From a virus: DNA of 64,000 nucleotides. Within the stretch, counting starts at the first letter, position 1. Every line of letters starts with the position of its first letter. The stretch lies in IMG/VR virus record IMGVR_UViG_3300021247_000536, positions 115-64,114 of that record. One strand, given 5' to 3'. The notes beneath the pieces are model-generated. The model worked only from the letters and a program-made list of their open reading frames with translations. It was not told the DNA's origin and did no database searches. Below, one piece after another: positions 36,984 through 45,624 of this stretch. Both the position numbers and the translations under genes were made by a program.

Positions 36984-37526
36984 ATGAAAACATTCACCAA
37001 AGATTTCATCCGAGAGAACTCAGGATGCTACAGACAACAGGGTATTGCAGTAATCAACGCTCTAGACTTCATGTCAGAACAGGGAGATGCTATTCCATAC
37101 ACATGGGTTCTTGAATCATCCATTCCGACAAAGGATAAATATTGGTTCTTCTGCAAGAAAGTATTCACCAAAGAACAAAATCAACAAGTAGCTATCGGAG
37201 TAGCATGGATCGTTCTCGAAATATTTGAGAACAAATACCCTAACGACGACCGACCACGCAAGGCTATCATTGCAGCGGAGCAATACCTTGAAGGACTGAT
37301 CGACCGTGAGACGCTTATGGAAGCGAGACGTAAAGCCGCCTACGCCGCCACAGCCGACGACGACGCCTACGTCGCCACAGCCGCCGCCTACGCCGCAGCC
37401 GACGACGCCGCCTACGTCGTCTACGTCGACGCCGCTGCCGTCGTCGACGCCGCTGCCGTCGCTGCCGTCGAGTACCACGAGGCTCTACTTCTATTTCTTA
37501 TCATGTTCTGTAACGAAAACCTATAA
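36984..37526 (+). CDS. Imm5-like domain protein with Ala/Tyr low-complexity tail
   Basis: FENKYPNDDRPRKAIIAAEQYLEG followed by AAYAA repeats. Confidence 0.65.
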   Translation: MKTFTKDFIRENSGCYRQQGIAVINALDFMSEQGDAIPYTWVLESSIPTKDKYWFFCKKVFTKEQNQQVAIGVAWIVLEIFENKYPNDDRPRKAIIAAEQYLEGLIDRETLMEARRKAAYAATADDDAYVATAAAYAAADDAAYVVYVDAAAVVDAAAVAAVEYHEALLLFLIMFCNENL

Positions 37527-37531
37527 CACCT

Positions 37532-37768
37532 ATGACAAACTTCACTTACAATGACAACGAGGTGACCTATGCCACCATGACACGAACAAATGGCTATGGA
37601 AGATACCTCATGCAAGCAGACTGGATAGACGAGGACGGCAGAACACAGTCGTCAACGCATATCTCCAACTCAGCACCACTGTTTGACATGTACACAGAGG
37701 AAGACACAAAAGAAAAGGCAAGAAAGATCATTGCCGAGGCGGTTATCGACAATTACTATTCACTATAA
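37532..37768 (+). CDS. Early hypothetical protein
   Basis: 78-aa ORF. Confidence 0.6.
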   Translation: MTNFTYNDNEVTYATMTRTNGYGRYLMQADWIDEDGRTQSSTHISNSAPLFDMYTEEDTKEKARKIIAEAVIDNYYSL

Positions 37769-37781
37769 CAAACAATCAATC

Positions 37782-38108
37782 ATGAAAGAGATCAAAGAAC
37801 CTGTAAAGAAGACAGCCTACAACGGGCTGCAACAGAAGACTACATTCCTATCCCCTCCATCGGGTGGCACCAACACAGCACCTGACGTTGAGGTGGTGAC
37901 AATCAAGGGAAAAAAGAAAATCTATTCCGTGTTCCAATGGGGAAAGTATTGGGACGAGGGGAAGTGGACATCCTTCCAGTTCACCATGTTCCAAGATAAG
38001 TCAGGGCGAATCGCGGATGTATCATCACCACGTGTGACGGAGGCTGCCATCGAAAGATGCCACAAGAAGGCTGTCGATAAGTTCAAGGAAATGATGGGGT
38101 GGAGATGA
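37782..38108 (+). CDS. Early hypothetical protein
   Basis: ATG 37782 after an A-rich leader. Confidence 0.6.
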   Translation: MKEIKEPVKKTAYNGLQQKTTFLSPPSGGTNTAPDVEVVTIKGKKKIYSVFQWGKYWDEGKWTSFQFTMFQDKSGRIADVSSPRVTEAAIERCHKKAVDKFKEMMGWR

Positions 38109-38232
38109 GCAGCGAACAACTAATCATTGCCGAGCAGGGAGCTACCCATGTAGCAGAATTTCTTATCTTGCTCATCCAGTACATCACCCTGACGGCAATG
38201 ATCATACACTACACCTCTCAAAAAAATAGCCT

Positions 38233-38463
38233 ATGGTACCACTAAGAATCGGCAACTTCACATTCCTACTTGAGGATGTCGGCATGCGTAATGTACTAAG
38301 CTACATGAGCAGACCGAACAAGAAGGATAGTGAAGAGTCGGGAGACATACCCGACAGCCACTCACCCGTACACTTGCCACGCGACTACATTAGACACCGC
38401 GCGGAGCGTAGCCCGCACATGAGTATGTTAACTAGACAAACAATGAAAAGGGATATCTGTTAA
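38233..38463 (+). CDS. Early hypothetical protein
   Basis: 76-aa ORF. Confidence 0.45.
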   Translation: MVPLRIGNFTFLLEDVGMRNVLSYMSRPNKKDSEESGDIPDSHSPVHLPRDYIRHRAERSPHMSMLTRQTMKRDIC

Positions 38464-38468
38464 CACCA

Positions 38469-38506
38469 TCCCCTGATGGTTGGATTGTATCCAGTCAGGG
38501 GAGCTA
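38469..38506 (+). ncRNA. Minimal minihelix element E
   Basis: TCCCCTG-ATG-GTTGG-ATTGTAT-CCAGT-CAGGGGA-G-CTA. Confidence 0.6.
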
Positions 38507-38535
38507 AGTGAATTATCACCAATACAGAACGACAC

Positions 38536-38832
38536 ATGGCAAAAGAAACAGCAATCGAAAGATGCTCCGAGAGATTCGGACTCTTCCCCAATGGATTCAT
38601 CAGCTACAAGGAGACGCTGATTGAACTATCCCTCAGCGCAGGTGCAGAGATGCGACAAGAACGATCAGCCCTTATCGATAACAACGATAAGATGGGTGGA
38701 AGAGCAGGTCTCTATGATCTCCTCCACGACTGGGCAATGGAGTTCGAGCAGCAGAACAAGGGCAGGGAGTGGGACGGTGAGTTCTTCGACGAAGTAGACA
38801 AGTTCTTTAATCTTAAAATCAAATTAGTATGA
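38536..38832 (+). CDS. Early hypothetical protein
   Basis: WAMEFEQQNKGREWDGEFFDEV motif. Confidence 0.7.
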   Translation: MAKETAIERCSERFGLFPNGFISYKETLIELSLSAGAEMRQERSALIDNNDKMGGRAGLYDLLHDWAMEFEQQNKGREWDGEFFDEVDKFFNLKIKLV

Positions 38833-39278
38833 CAGAGACAATCACATTCCCTAACGGGTATTACTCCTACCATCAGACGTTCACAGAGATCGTTCGATTC
38901 ATCGATAGCCATGACTTGGATACGTATGACTACAAAAGGATTGGTAAGGTAGCTATGGATTTTGAAACCAAGAACAAGGGCAGGATAGTATGGATGGGCA
39001 GATGGCAGACAGAGCTACACGACTTCGTGTCAAGCAGCGGTCTCATCACACCTACGGTCACAGTAACTGTAACTATCAGATCGGTAGCTCTCAACTCGGA
39101 TGACAAGCGCACATTCCCTGCAAACGAACAGGGGTACATCGAGATGAATGAGTACCTGAAGAATATCAGACAGCTATACATGACAGCTGTTGGCAAGGAG
39201 ACTGGCTTCAGGATGGGAGCTGGCTTCGTTCAGCAGCAGGCGGATAAGTCGGCATCACTAACAATCAACATCTCATGA
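38829..39278 (+). CDS. Early hypothetical protein
   Basis: N-terminal half (IGKVAMDFETKNKGRIVWMGRW) resembles the upstream gene. Confidence 0.65.
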   Translation: MTETITFPNGYYSYHQTFTEIVRFIDSHDLDTYDYKRIGKVAMDFETKNKGRIVWMGRWQTELHDFVSSSGLITPTVTVTVTIRSVALNSDDKRTFPANEQGYIEMNEYLKNIRQLYMTAVGKETGFRMGAGFVQQQADKSASLTINIS

Positions 39279-39535
39279 ACTCGATAACAACGAAGATTGC
39301 CATGATATTAGCTGGCATCCTATCAGGCATTGTCATATTCAAGTACGCATCGTACATGCTAGTTGACACCACGCTGTATACAAATTTCAAGACTGAAAAT
39401 AAAGTGCTGTTCATAGCATCTATCCCAGTTGGATTTGTATCTTTGTCTTGCCTGATGCTTTTAGTGACAGTTCCTGTCATGATGGTTATGCAATGGCATT
39501 TGTCAAAGATTGAATCATTCAGAGACATTTGGTAA
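39275..39535 (+). CDS. Membrane protein (2 TM)
   Basis: Two long hydrophobic stretches. Confidence 0.65.
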   Translation: MNSITTKIAMILAGILSGIVIFKYASYMLVDTTLYTNFKTENKVLFIASIPVGFVSLSCLMLLVTVPVMMVMQWHLSKIESFRDIW

Positions 39536-40068
39536 TGAAAGGGTACTACACATATAGGGCTGCAATATTTGAGTTCGACAAGAACGGATCGACAGTAAAG
39601 ATCCCTGAAGATCTCAAGTACAAGACAAGGGGACACCTTGTAAACCCTAAGCACCAATACATACTAGTGATCTACGGGCTGTCGAGAGATGGCACACATG
39701 AGATAACGGACATGACCTCTGGAGATAACATCAAAGAGCTCATCGGCATGTCATCATGGTGCCCTCTCACGATAGTTGTGTCTAGCGGTAGAGCTATCGG
39801 ACCACTGGCTGCTCGCCATGCCACATGGTTCTTGCAGTCAGCTACGCCAAAGATCAGAGGCGTGCTGTCACCCATCAAGAATGTGTGGACTACCTCAACA
39901 AAGGGTAGAGACATTGAGAGTGCACGTGCTGCCATCAATGACACCAAGTACAAGCACATGAAGTTTGGAAGACAAAGCCGGAAGGTGATGAGACTCCACA
40001 GAATCAAGACAAAGAACAATAACTTCTACGTCATGCCACTCGATGACCGAAAGGCTTGGACGTACTAA
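39535..40068 (+). CDS. Hypothetical basic protein
   Basis: ATG 39535 overlapping the upstream stop. Confidence 0.6.
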   Translation: MKGYYTYRAAIFEFDKNGSTVKIPEDLKYKTRGHLVNPKHQYILVIYGLSRDGTHEITDMTSGDNIKELIGMSSWCPLTIVVSSGRAIGPLAARHATWFLQSATPKIRGVLSPIKNVWTTSTKGRDIESARAAINDTKYKHMKFGRQSRKVMRLHRIKTKNNNFYVMPLDDRKAWTY

Positions 40069-40079
40069 ACAAAAAAATC

Positions 40080-40454
40080 ATGGACGTAAACGAACTAAAG
40101 ATTCACCGACGCAACAAGAAGAGAGAGTCGTCAAGAAAGAGACTGCTCAAGTCAACAACTCCAATGACCATCGGTCAGCAGATAGCACTCATCAGGAAAG
40201 CTAGGGGGCTGACAACGGCAAAGATCGAGGAGGACTTCGACATCTCAAGACATACCATCCGCAGCATAGAGTCAGACAAGGGGTCGTCATCTATCAACAA
40301 CCTCTTGGCATACGCTGCATCTCTTGGGTGCGTGGTAATTGTGTCGCCAATACCATCGGTAGGTATACACAAGCCTGAGACTTTCAGATCAAAGCCACAA
40401 GTAAATCCATTCGGTAAAACAAACACCATCAAGTTCGAAGAAGATGCAGACTAA
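40080..40454 (+). CDS. XRE-family HTH protein
   Basis: IGQQIALIRKARGLTTAKIEEDFDISRHTIRSIESDKGSSSINNLLAYAASLG. Confidence 0.85.
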   Translation: MDVNELKIHRRNKKRESSRKRLLKSTTPMTIGQQIALIRKARGLTTAKIEEDFDISRHTIRSIESDKGSSSINNLLAYAASLGCVVIVSPIPSVGIHKPETFRSKPQVNPFGKTNTIKFEEDAD

Positions 40455-40764
40455 CTTCTATAACAGCACAAACGAGACAGGCAAGACCCTCGAGAAATAT
40501 TCAGCGACGGCACTGTCACAACAGGAACGTATCTACAACTACATGAAAGATCATGAGGGTGTAGGGTTCTCTCCATCTCAGATACTGGCAGCGGTATTCA
40601 AAGGAGAGGGCGTTCCCATCACATCGGTACGAAGAGCTATGACTACGCTGTCATCAGATAGCAATAGCAGTTTAATATTCAAGACAGACATCAAGTACAT
40701 CGGACCAATGGGTAGACCCGAGTACACGTGGATGTATGCAAGAAACACTAGGGCTGATTCATGA
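40444..40764 (+). CDS. Winged-HTH DNA-binding protein
   Basis: QERIYNYMK...FSPSQI...PITSVRRAMTTLS...GRPEYTW. Confidence 0.7.
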   Translation: MQTNFYNSTNETGKTLEKYSATALSQQERIYNYMKDHEGVGFSPSQILAAVFKGEGVPITSVRRAMTTLSSDSNSSLIFKTDIKYIGPMGRPEYTWMYARNTRADS

Positions 40765-40902
40765 GAGGTGTGGGCGAACCTGCCTAACCTTAATAGGGGG
40801 TATCCTCCACACACGTGGCAATGTCTCATCGGCCTGAGCTTACGTTCATTGTAAAGAGACAAAAGGATATCAACAGGTGACAGCTTGGAGAGACAGGCAA
40901 CT

Positions 40903-40994
40903 GGTCAGTTGGCGTAAGTGGGAATGAATACCACAGCAGAGCAACGTCTCGTATTATGATACGAGGGATGCGGGTTCGAATCCCGTACTGGCCA
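40903..40994 (+). tRNA. Aberrant tRNA-like RNA (expanded D-arm, 6- or 8-nt anticodon loop, no encoded CCA)
   Basis: GGTCAGT/ACTGGCC acceptor; canonical GCGGG-TTCGAAT-CCCGT T-arm; CTCGT-ATTATGAT-ACGAG anticodon arm; followed by A-CTA. Confidence 0.7.
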
Positions 40995-41249
40995 CTAACT
41001 TAAAACAAAGACACATGACACCAGACAACGTATACATATACGAAGGCGATGAAGAATTTGACCCTATCGTTTATTTCACTTACTATTTGCTTTGTATCGA
41101 AGCGGAATTGAATGCCTCCAATAAACTTTTCAATAAAGTTCAGGACGTTAAATTAAAATTAACAGTGTATAACCCATAAACAACAACTATATCCTACAAG
41201 ATATAGCAATCCCGTAATCAACTAAATTATATCCTAAAGCATATAACCC

Positions 41250-41459
41250 ATGAGCAACGAACGAACAATAGATCAATTATCTAACGAGGTTAAAAGCAAG
41301 GTCGAAGTTATTCATCAGTATCTAAAACATATTGAACAACTCGAAGCGGAGAAAGCGGAGTTGTTGGACGCGTTGATTGCTTCAAATCGCTACGTAAATC
41401 CAGCTCTAAGAAGACGTAAATATAACTTTGACCTTATCCAAAAACACGCCAAGAAATGA
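41250..41459 (+). CDS. Small coiled-coil protein
   Basis: IEQLEAEKAELLDAL. Confidence 0.6.
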   Translation: MSNERTIDQLSNEVKSKVEVIHQYLKHIEQLEAEKAELLDALIASNRYVNPALRRRKYNFDLIQKHAKK

Positions 41460-41746
41460 GCAACGAAACAAACAAAACCAACACGCCAATCACCAACGCC
41501 ACCCAGCAATCCCGCATATCTGAACTCGAACAACAAATTGCTAAGTCAGACAAAGAGGAACACGATCAATTTAGGCAGCAACAATCCCGAATAGCAGAAC
41601 TTGAGCATGATATTGAGAGGTTGAAGCAGAGTGTTGAGTATTGGAGAAACGAAAATAGTAAGACAGGCAATTCGTATCTGAAACTTTTGAGCGAACACAA
41701 TGAATTGAAATCAGAACTCGAACGCATTAAAACCGAAAGCAAATGA
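41456..41746 (+). CDS. Small coiled-coil protein
   Basis: Internal QQSRI(S/A)ELE repeat. Confidence 0.6.
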   Translation: MSNETNKTNTPITNATQQSRISELEQQIAKSDKEEHDQFRQQQSRIAELEHDIERLKQSVEYWRNENSKTGNSYLKLLSEHNELKSELERIKTESK

Positions 41747-42042
41747 CCAAACAGAACACACCCCTAACCAACGTCATCGAGTGGATTGATGAGAGGATTG
41801 AACAGTTAAAAGAGATCAACAGTGCCGTCATTAAAGAAGATTTGATTGAGGCAAAGATCAGCGACCTAAAACTACTCCGAAACCGCATCATCCAAGAACT
41901 CCAGAACGAGAGGGATAGGATTGAACAGGCGTACACCAATGGAAACAGACTTGAAGTGTACGATGCAACCGAAATGATCTGTAAAATTTACTTCACCCAA
42001 ACCTACAAAACCGAAGATGACAAAAACAATCAGAACAACTAA
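41743..42042 (+). CDS. Hypothetical protein
   Basis: ERDRIEQAYTNG...YFTQTY motif common in Bacteroidota phages. Confidence 0.65.
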   Translation: MTKQNTPLTNVIEWIDERIEQLKEINSAVIKEDLIEAKISDLKLLRNRIIQELQNERDRIEQAYTNGNRLEVYDATEMICKIYFTQTYKTEDDKNNQNN

Positions 42043-42052
42043 AACAAAAACC

Positions 42053-42265
42053 ATGAATCTACACTGGTCAAACGAACAACAAGAGTTCATCGAATTATCA
42101 GAGCTCGATCAATACAAGTTGAGCCTTCACATCTATCGGGACTTGCTGGTAGAATTTCGCCGCCATATTAGACGGACAGATTATGAATACACGATATTTT
42201 TCTTTAGAGATATTACTTGGTCACAAGACAACCTTAATCTCATCAATCAAATCTTATCTGAATAA
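42053..42265 (+). CDS. Hypothetical protein
   Basis: ATG 42053 after an A-rich leader. Confidence 0.5.
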   Translation: MNLHWSNEQQEFIELSELDQYKLSLHIYRDLLVEFRRHIRRTDYEYTIFFFRDITWSQDNLNLINQILSE

Positions 42266-42267
42266 CC

Positions 42268-42504
42268 ATGAGACACAACATCATAAGCACAGAGAAATAT
42301 CTACTTGTTGTAGATAAGTCGGAGATTAAAGAAGGTGATTGGATATATAACGAAGAAAGAGAACCATCTGTTTTACAATGTATTGGTAACGGTAGTTTAA
42401 GGGGTTGGGAAAAAATCATTGCTACTGCTGATAAGTCTTTATGTGATAGACATGAAGATTGTGATGGTACATTTAATAATAAATGTATATCTTTTAATCA
42501 CTAA
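42268..42504 (+). CDS. Hypothetical protein (possibly truncated)
   Basis: EIKEGDWIY...KIIAT motif of a Bacteroidota phage family. Confidence 0.5.
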   Translation: MRHNIISTEKYLLVVDKSEIKEGDWIYNEEREPSVLQCIGNGSLRGWEKIIATADKSLCDRHEDCDGTFNNKCISFNH

Positions 42505-42510
42505 CTACCA

Positions 42511-43014
42511 ATGGCAAAAAATAAGATTGAGCTACTGCTCACAGGAAGGTGCCTAGATGGCAAGATCGTATGGAACAATGCCGAAGAGGTGAAGAAGTTC
42601 TGCACACACTATCACGGTGATGACGTCATCGTTCGCATCAACAAGCTAACCGATATATCAAAGAAAGAAAAGCTCTTCGCCTATCTCTTCGGACCTCTGC
42701 TAGATACCCTGCAGACAGGGCTGGCACACAACGGCTATGGAGATCTATCCAAAAAGGACTGCTACATAATCATGAAGCAGAGGTATGGCTCGAAGCCTTG
42801 GTACAATCCGCTGACAAAGAAGGAGGAGACGGTCTTTGTCGACTTCTCGGATGACAAGACAACACAGGATGAGCTGCTAGAGTTCATCAACAACATCGTC
42901 ATGTTCATCGAGAAAGACCTAGAGGTTGAGGCTCCAGACTCTGAGGCCTACAAGATTCAGCTGAGGCTAGGGTCTTCGAAGAGAGTCATCAAAAATAATT
43001 TCGAAGACTATTGA
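42511..43014 (+). CDS. NinB-like recombination protein
   Basis: LFAYLFGPLL...TTQDELLEFINNIVMFIEKDLEVEAPD pattern. Confidence 0.6.
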   Translation: MAKNKIELLLTGRCLDGKIVWNNAEEVKKFCTHYHGDDVIVRINKLTDISKKEKLFAYLFGPLLDTLQTGLAHNGYGDLSKKDCYIIMKQRYGSKPWYNPLTKKEETVFVDFSDDKTTQDELLEFINNIVMFIEKDLEVEAPDSEAYKIQLRLGSSKRVIKNNFEDY

Positions 43015-43041
43015 CTTTAGAATTTATTTGTTGTAACATTG
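43011..43041 (+). promoter_or_regulatory. Bacteroidota-type promoter for the replication module
   Basis: TTG-N20-TAACATTG. Confidence 0.6.
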
Positions 43042-43071
43042 CATTCCTAACCCGAAACGTAACAAGGTAAC

Positions 43072-44142
43072 ATGTCAGAAATAATTAACACCAAAGGTCT
43101 GCCCTCTCCATTCGTTGAGGCCATCACCTACTCGGACTTCCTTCCTGCCGGAAACTTATCAGCATACAGACTGCAAGAGCCGCCTCAGATAACGAGACTC
43201 AAGAAAGAGAATCGTGTCGATGAGGATGTGGCAGACAAGGTATGGACTCTCATATCGAGAGCTCTAGTTCAGGTCATAGAGAATGGGTCATCAAGCCTTC
43301 GCAACGCTAGGTCCTTTGCCAATGTCATACAGTTCATATCCGACATCAGCAAGTCGGAACCTGACGAGAGCAAGAAGGCAGCCATGCTCAACATGATAAC
43401 CACCCTTGATGCCATATCTAGCGAGCACCTGCCTCTCGATGAGCGATACATCATGAGACAATCTTACGGCATAGACGTGGACACATCATTCACTGTATTC
43501 AAAGATACGCCCGAAGAAGCTACATACACTGGGTCTGTATCTGTCTTTGACACGATACCACTGTATGACAAGCAGGACAAGGTGCTGTACTACCCTCGGC
43601 TATGTGACACCATGCATGCCAAGAAATCTGAGATGAGAGAATCATGGGTTAGGGAAGCCAACATACAAGCCCTGATACTCCGATCCAATGGCTATGATGT
43701 AGAGTCTATACGCTGCATCATGGTGTTCAAGGATTGGACGAGAGCCAAGTCCCTTACCATGAAGGACTATCCAACGAAACAGATTGAGGTCATGTCTCTA
43801 CCTGTCAGGGACAATGCCAAGGTTAGTGCATTCGTAAAGGCAAGAGCTGCACAGCACCTACGTCTACAGCACGGAGATGTAGCGCCATGCTCACCATCAG
43901 ATCGATGGTCCGAGGCTGACCAGTACGTCGTTGTACGTAAGGGAAGACCTAGGGTAGAGAAGAGATCGCTTACATACGACGAGGCTGTGACATGGCTGGC
44001 CATGAACAGAGATAGGTTCTATGATGCAGAGGTCAGGACCCTACCAGGGAAGAGCAGGAGATGCGAATCCTATTGTCCTGTCAGAGACTTCTGCAAGCAG
44101 TGGGAAAAGATCAAGTCTGAGACCTACGAAGAAAGAGATTAA
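43072..44142 (+). CDS. Cas4-like PD-(D/E)xK nuclease, apparently catalytically degenerate
   Basis: LSAYRLQEPPQI...DVADKVWTL, FKDW, YP, CSPSDRW and CESYCPVRDFCKQW match phage Cas4-like exonucleases; catalytic residues are substituted. Confidence 0.75.
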   Translation: MSEIINTKGLPSPFVEAITYSDFLPAGNLSAYRLQEPPQITRLKKENRVDEDVADKVWTLISRALVQVIENGSSSLRNARSFANVIQFISDISKSEPDESKKAAMLNMITTLDAISSEHLPLDERYIMRQSYGIDVDTSFTVFKDTPEEATYTGSVSVFDTIPLYDKQDKVLYYPRLCDTMHAKKSEMRESWVREANIQALILRSNGYDVESIRCIMVFKDWTRAKSLTMKDYPTKQIEVMSLPVRDNAKVSAFVKARAAQHLRLQHGDVAPCSPSDRWSEADQYVVVRKGRPRVEKRSLTYDEAVTWLAMNRDRFYDAEVRTLPGKSRRCESYCPVRDFCKQWEKIKSETYEERD

Positions 44143-44145
44143 AGT

Positions 44146-44262
44146 CCACCATCCAAAGGTGGCGTCGGCAGCTACCTCAAACACCTGTTCTGTTTCGTCG
44201 GGTTTCCGAGCAGGTGGGCTGTCGAATTAACTAAACCCGTAAACAACTAAACCCGTAAACAA
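44146..44262 (+). promoter_or_regulatory. Structured leader with 16-nt tandem repeat
   Basis: Nested stems TCGGCAGC/GCTGTCGA and CACCTGTTC/GAGCAGGTG; AACTAAACCCGTAAAC x2 before the ATG. Confidence 0.55.
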
Positions 44263-45624
44263 ATGACAAACAATCACGAAGGATTGCGAGTGGTATTCGC
44301 AGAGATCCAGAATTTCAAAGGAGTATCACATCAGGTGCTAGAGCTTGATGGCCAGTCTGCATGGCTATGCGGTGGCAACGGAAAGGGTAAGTCATCTCTT
44401 ATCGATGCGCTACTCAGCACAATAGATTCACAGTACATCCCATCTCAGCCCATCAAAGAGGGTGAGGAGAGGGGTGTGGTGAACATAAAGATCGCTGGCA
44501 ATGACAATGGCAAGGATGAGGAGTATGAGATCTCAATAACGTTCACTCCATCCATGCGCACAGGAAGGGTGAAGCTAAAGCACAACGGTCAGGAGGTTAC
44601 TCGAGCTCCAAAGGATATGCTCAAAAGTATCTTTGGAAAGATATCATTCGACATCTACGAGTTCATCTCATCGCCTAAGCGCGATCAGGTGAAGACGCTC
44701 AAGGCTCTTACTGGCGTAGAGGACCAGCTCAACTCATTGGACTTCAAGATCCAGCAGGAGCGAGAAGAATACCGCAGGATCAGCAAGAACCTCGAAGATG
44801 CTAAGGCTGTAAACAAACGAGAGAACAGACCGTTCAACGATGAGGACATCCGTAAGTTTGGGTCAGCACCTGTTGATGAGTCGGCTATCATGGATGAGCT
44901 GCATTCTATTACAGCTAGTGGACACAAGTGGATGGAGAGTCACAGCAAGGCTACTGCTGCCAAGGCGAACCACAAGCGACTAGAGCAAGAGCTTGCAGAC
45001 AGAGCCGCTGAGTTGGAGTCTATCAAGGCAAGTCTCAAAGCATGCCAAGAGAAGTATGACCTCAAGAAGTCTGAGATCGAAGAGTCGAGCCAGAAGGTGG
45101 AGAAGGCTGACGCTTGGCTGCAGCGTAACCCTAGCGCTCCATCGTCTGACCATGTCATGAATAAGCTGTCGGAAGCTAAGCAGCACAACCAGATGTACAA
45201 CATCATCGCTGAATACAAGAAGCGTCAGGACATGATCCTCGAGCAGCAAGTCAAGGTAGACTCCATGAAAGATCGTATCTCTAAACTAGAGAAGGACAAG
45301 GTGGATCTCATCAGCAACTCGCAGCTACCAGTGGAAGGGCTGTCGTTCACAGATGATGACGTAACACTCAACAACATCCCTCTTGATCAGGTCAATACAG
45401 CCACCAAGCTAGACGTGGCAGTGTCCATCTCTATGGCCATGAACAAGAAGCTCAAGCTAGTGATGATCCGCGAGGGATCGCTGTTTGATCTGCCTCACCT
45501 GAAGGATGTGCTCATGAGATTACATGATGCTGGATTCCAGTACATCGTAGAGTGGGTAGATCCTACCGGAGGAGACCTTGAGATTAAGTACGAAGAGGTT
45601 CCATTTCAACATCAGCAACAATGA
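44263..45624 (+). CDS. SbcC/Rad50-like ABC ATPase with coiled coil
   Basis: IQNFKGV, GGNGKGKSS Walker A, long coiled coil, VMIREGSLFD C-terminal lobe. Confidence 0.85.
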   Translation: MTNNHEGLRVVFAEIQNFKGVSHQVLELDGQSAWLCGGNGKGKSSLIDALLSTIDSQYIPSQPIKEGEERGVVNIKIAGNDNGKDEEYEISITFTPSMRTGRVKLKHNGQEVTRAPKDMLKSIFGKISFDIYEFISSPKRDQVKTLKALTGVEDQLNSLDFKIQQEREEYRRISKNLEDAKAVNKRENRPFNDEDIRKFGSAPVDESAIMDELHSITASGHKWMESHSKATAAKANHKRLEQELADRAAELESIKASLKACQEKYDLKKSEIEESSQKVEKADAWLQRNPSAPSSDHVMNKLSEAKQHNQMYNIIAEYKKRQDMILEQQVKVDSMKDRISKLEKDKVDLISNSQLPVEGLSFTDDDVTLNNIPLDQVNTATKLDVAVSISMAMNKKLKLVMIREGSLFDLPHLKDVLMRLHDAGFQYIVEWVDPTGGDLEIKYEEVPFQHQQQ

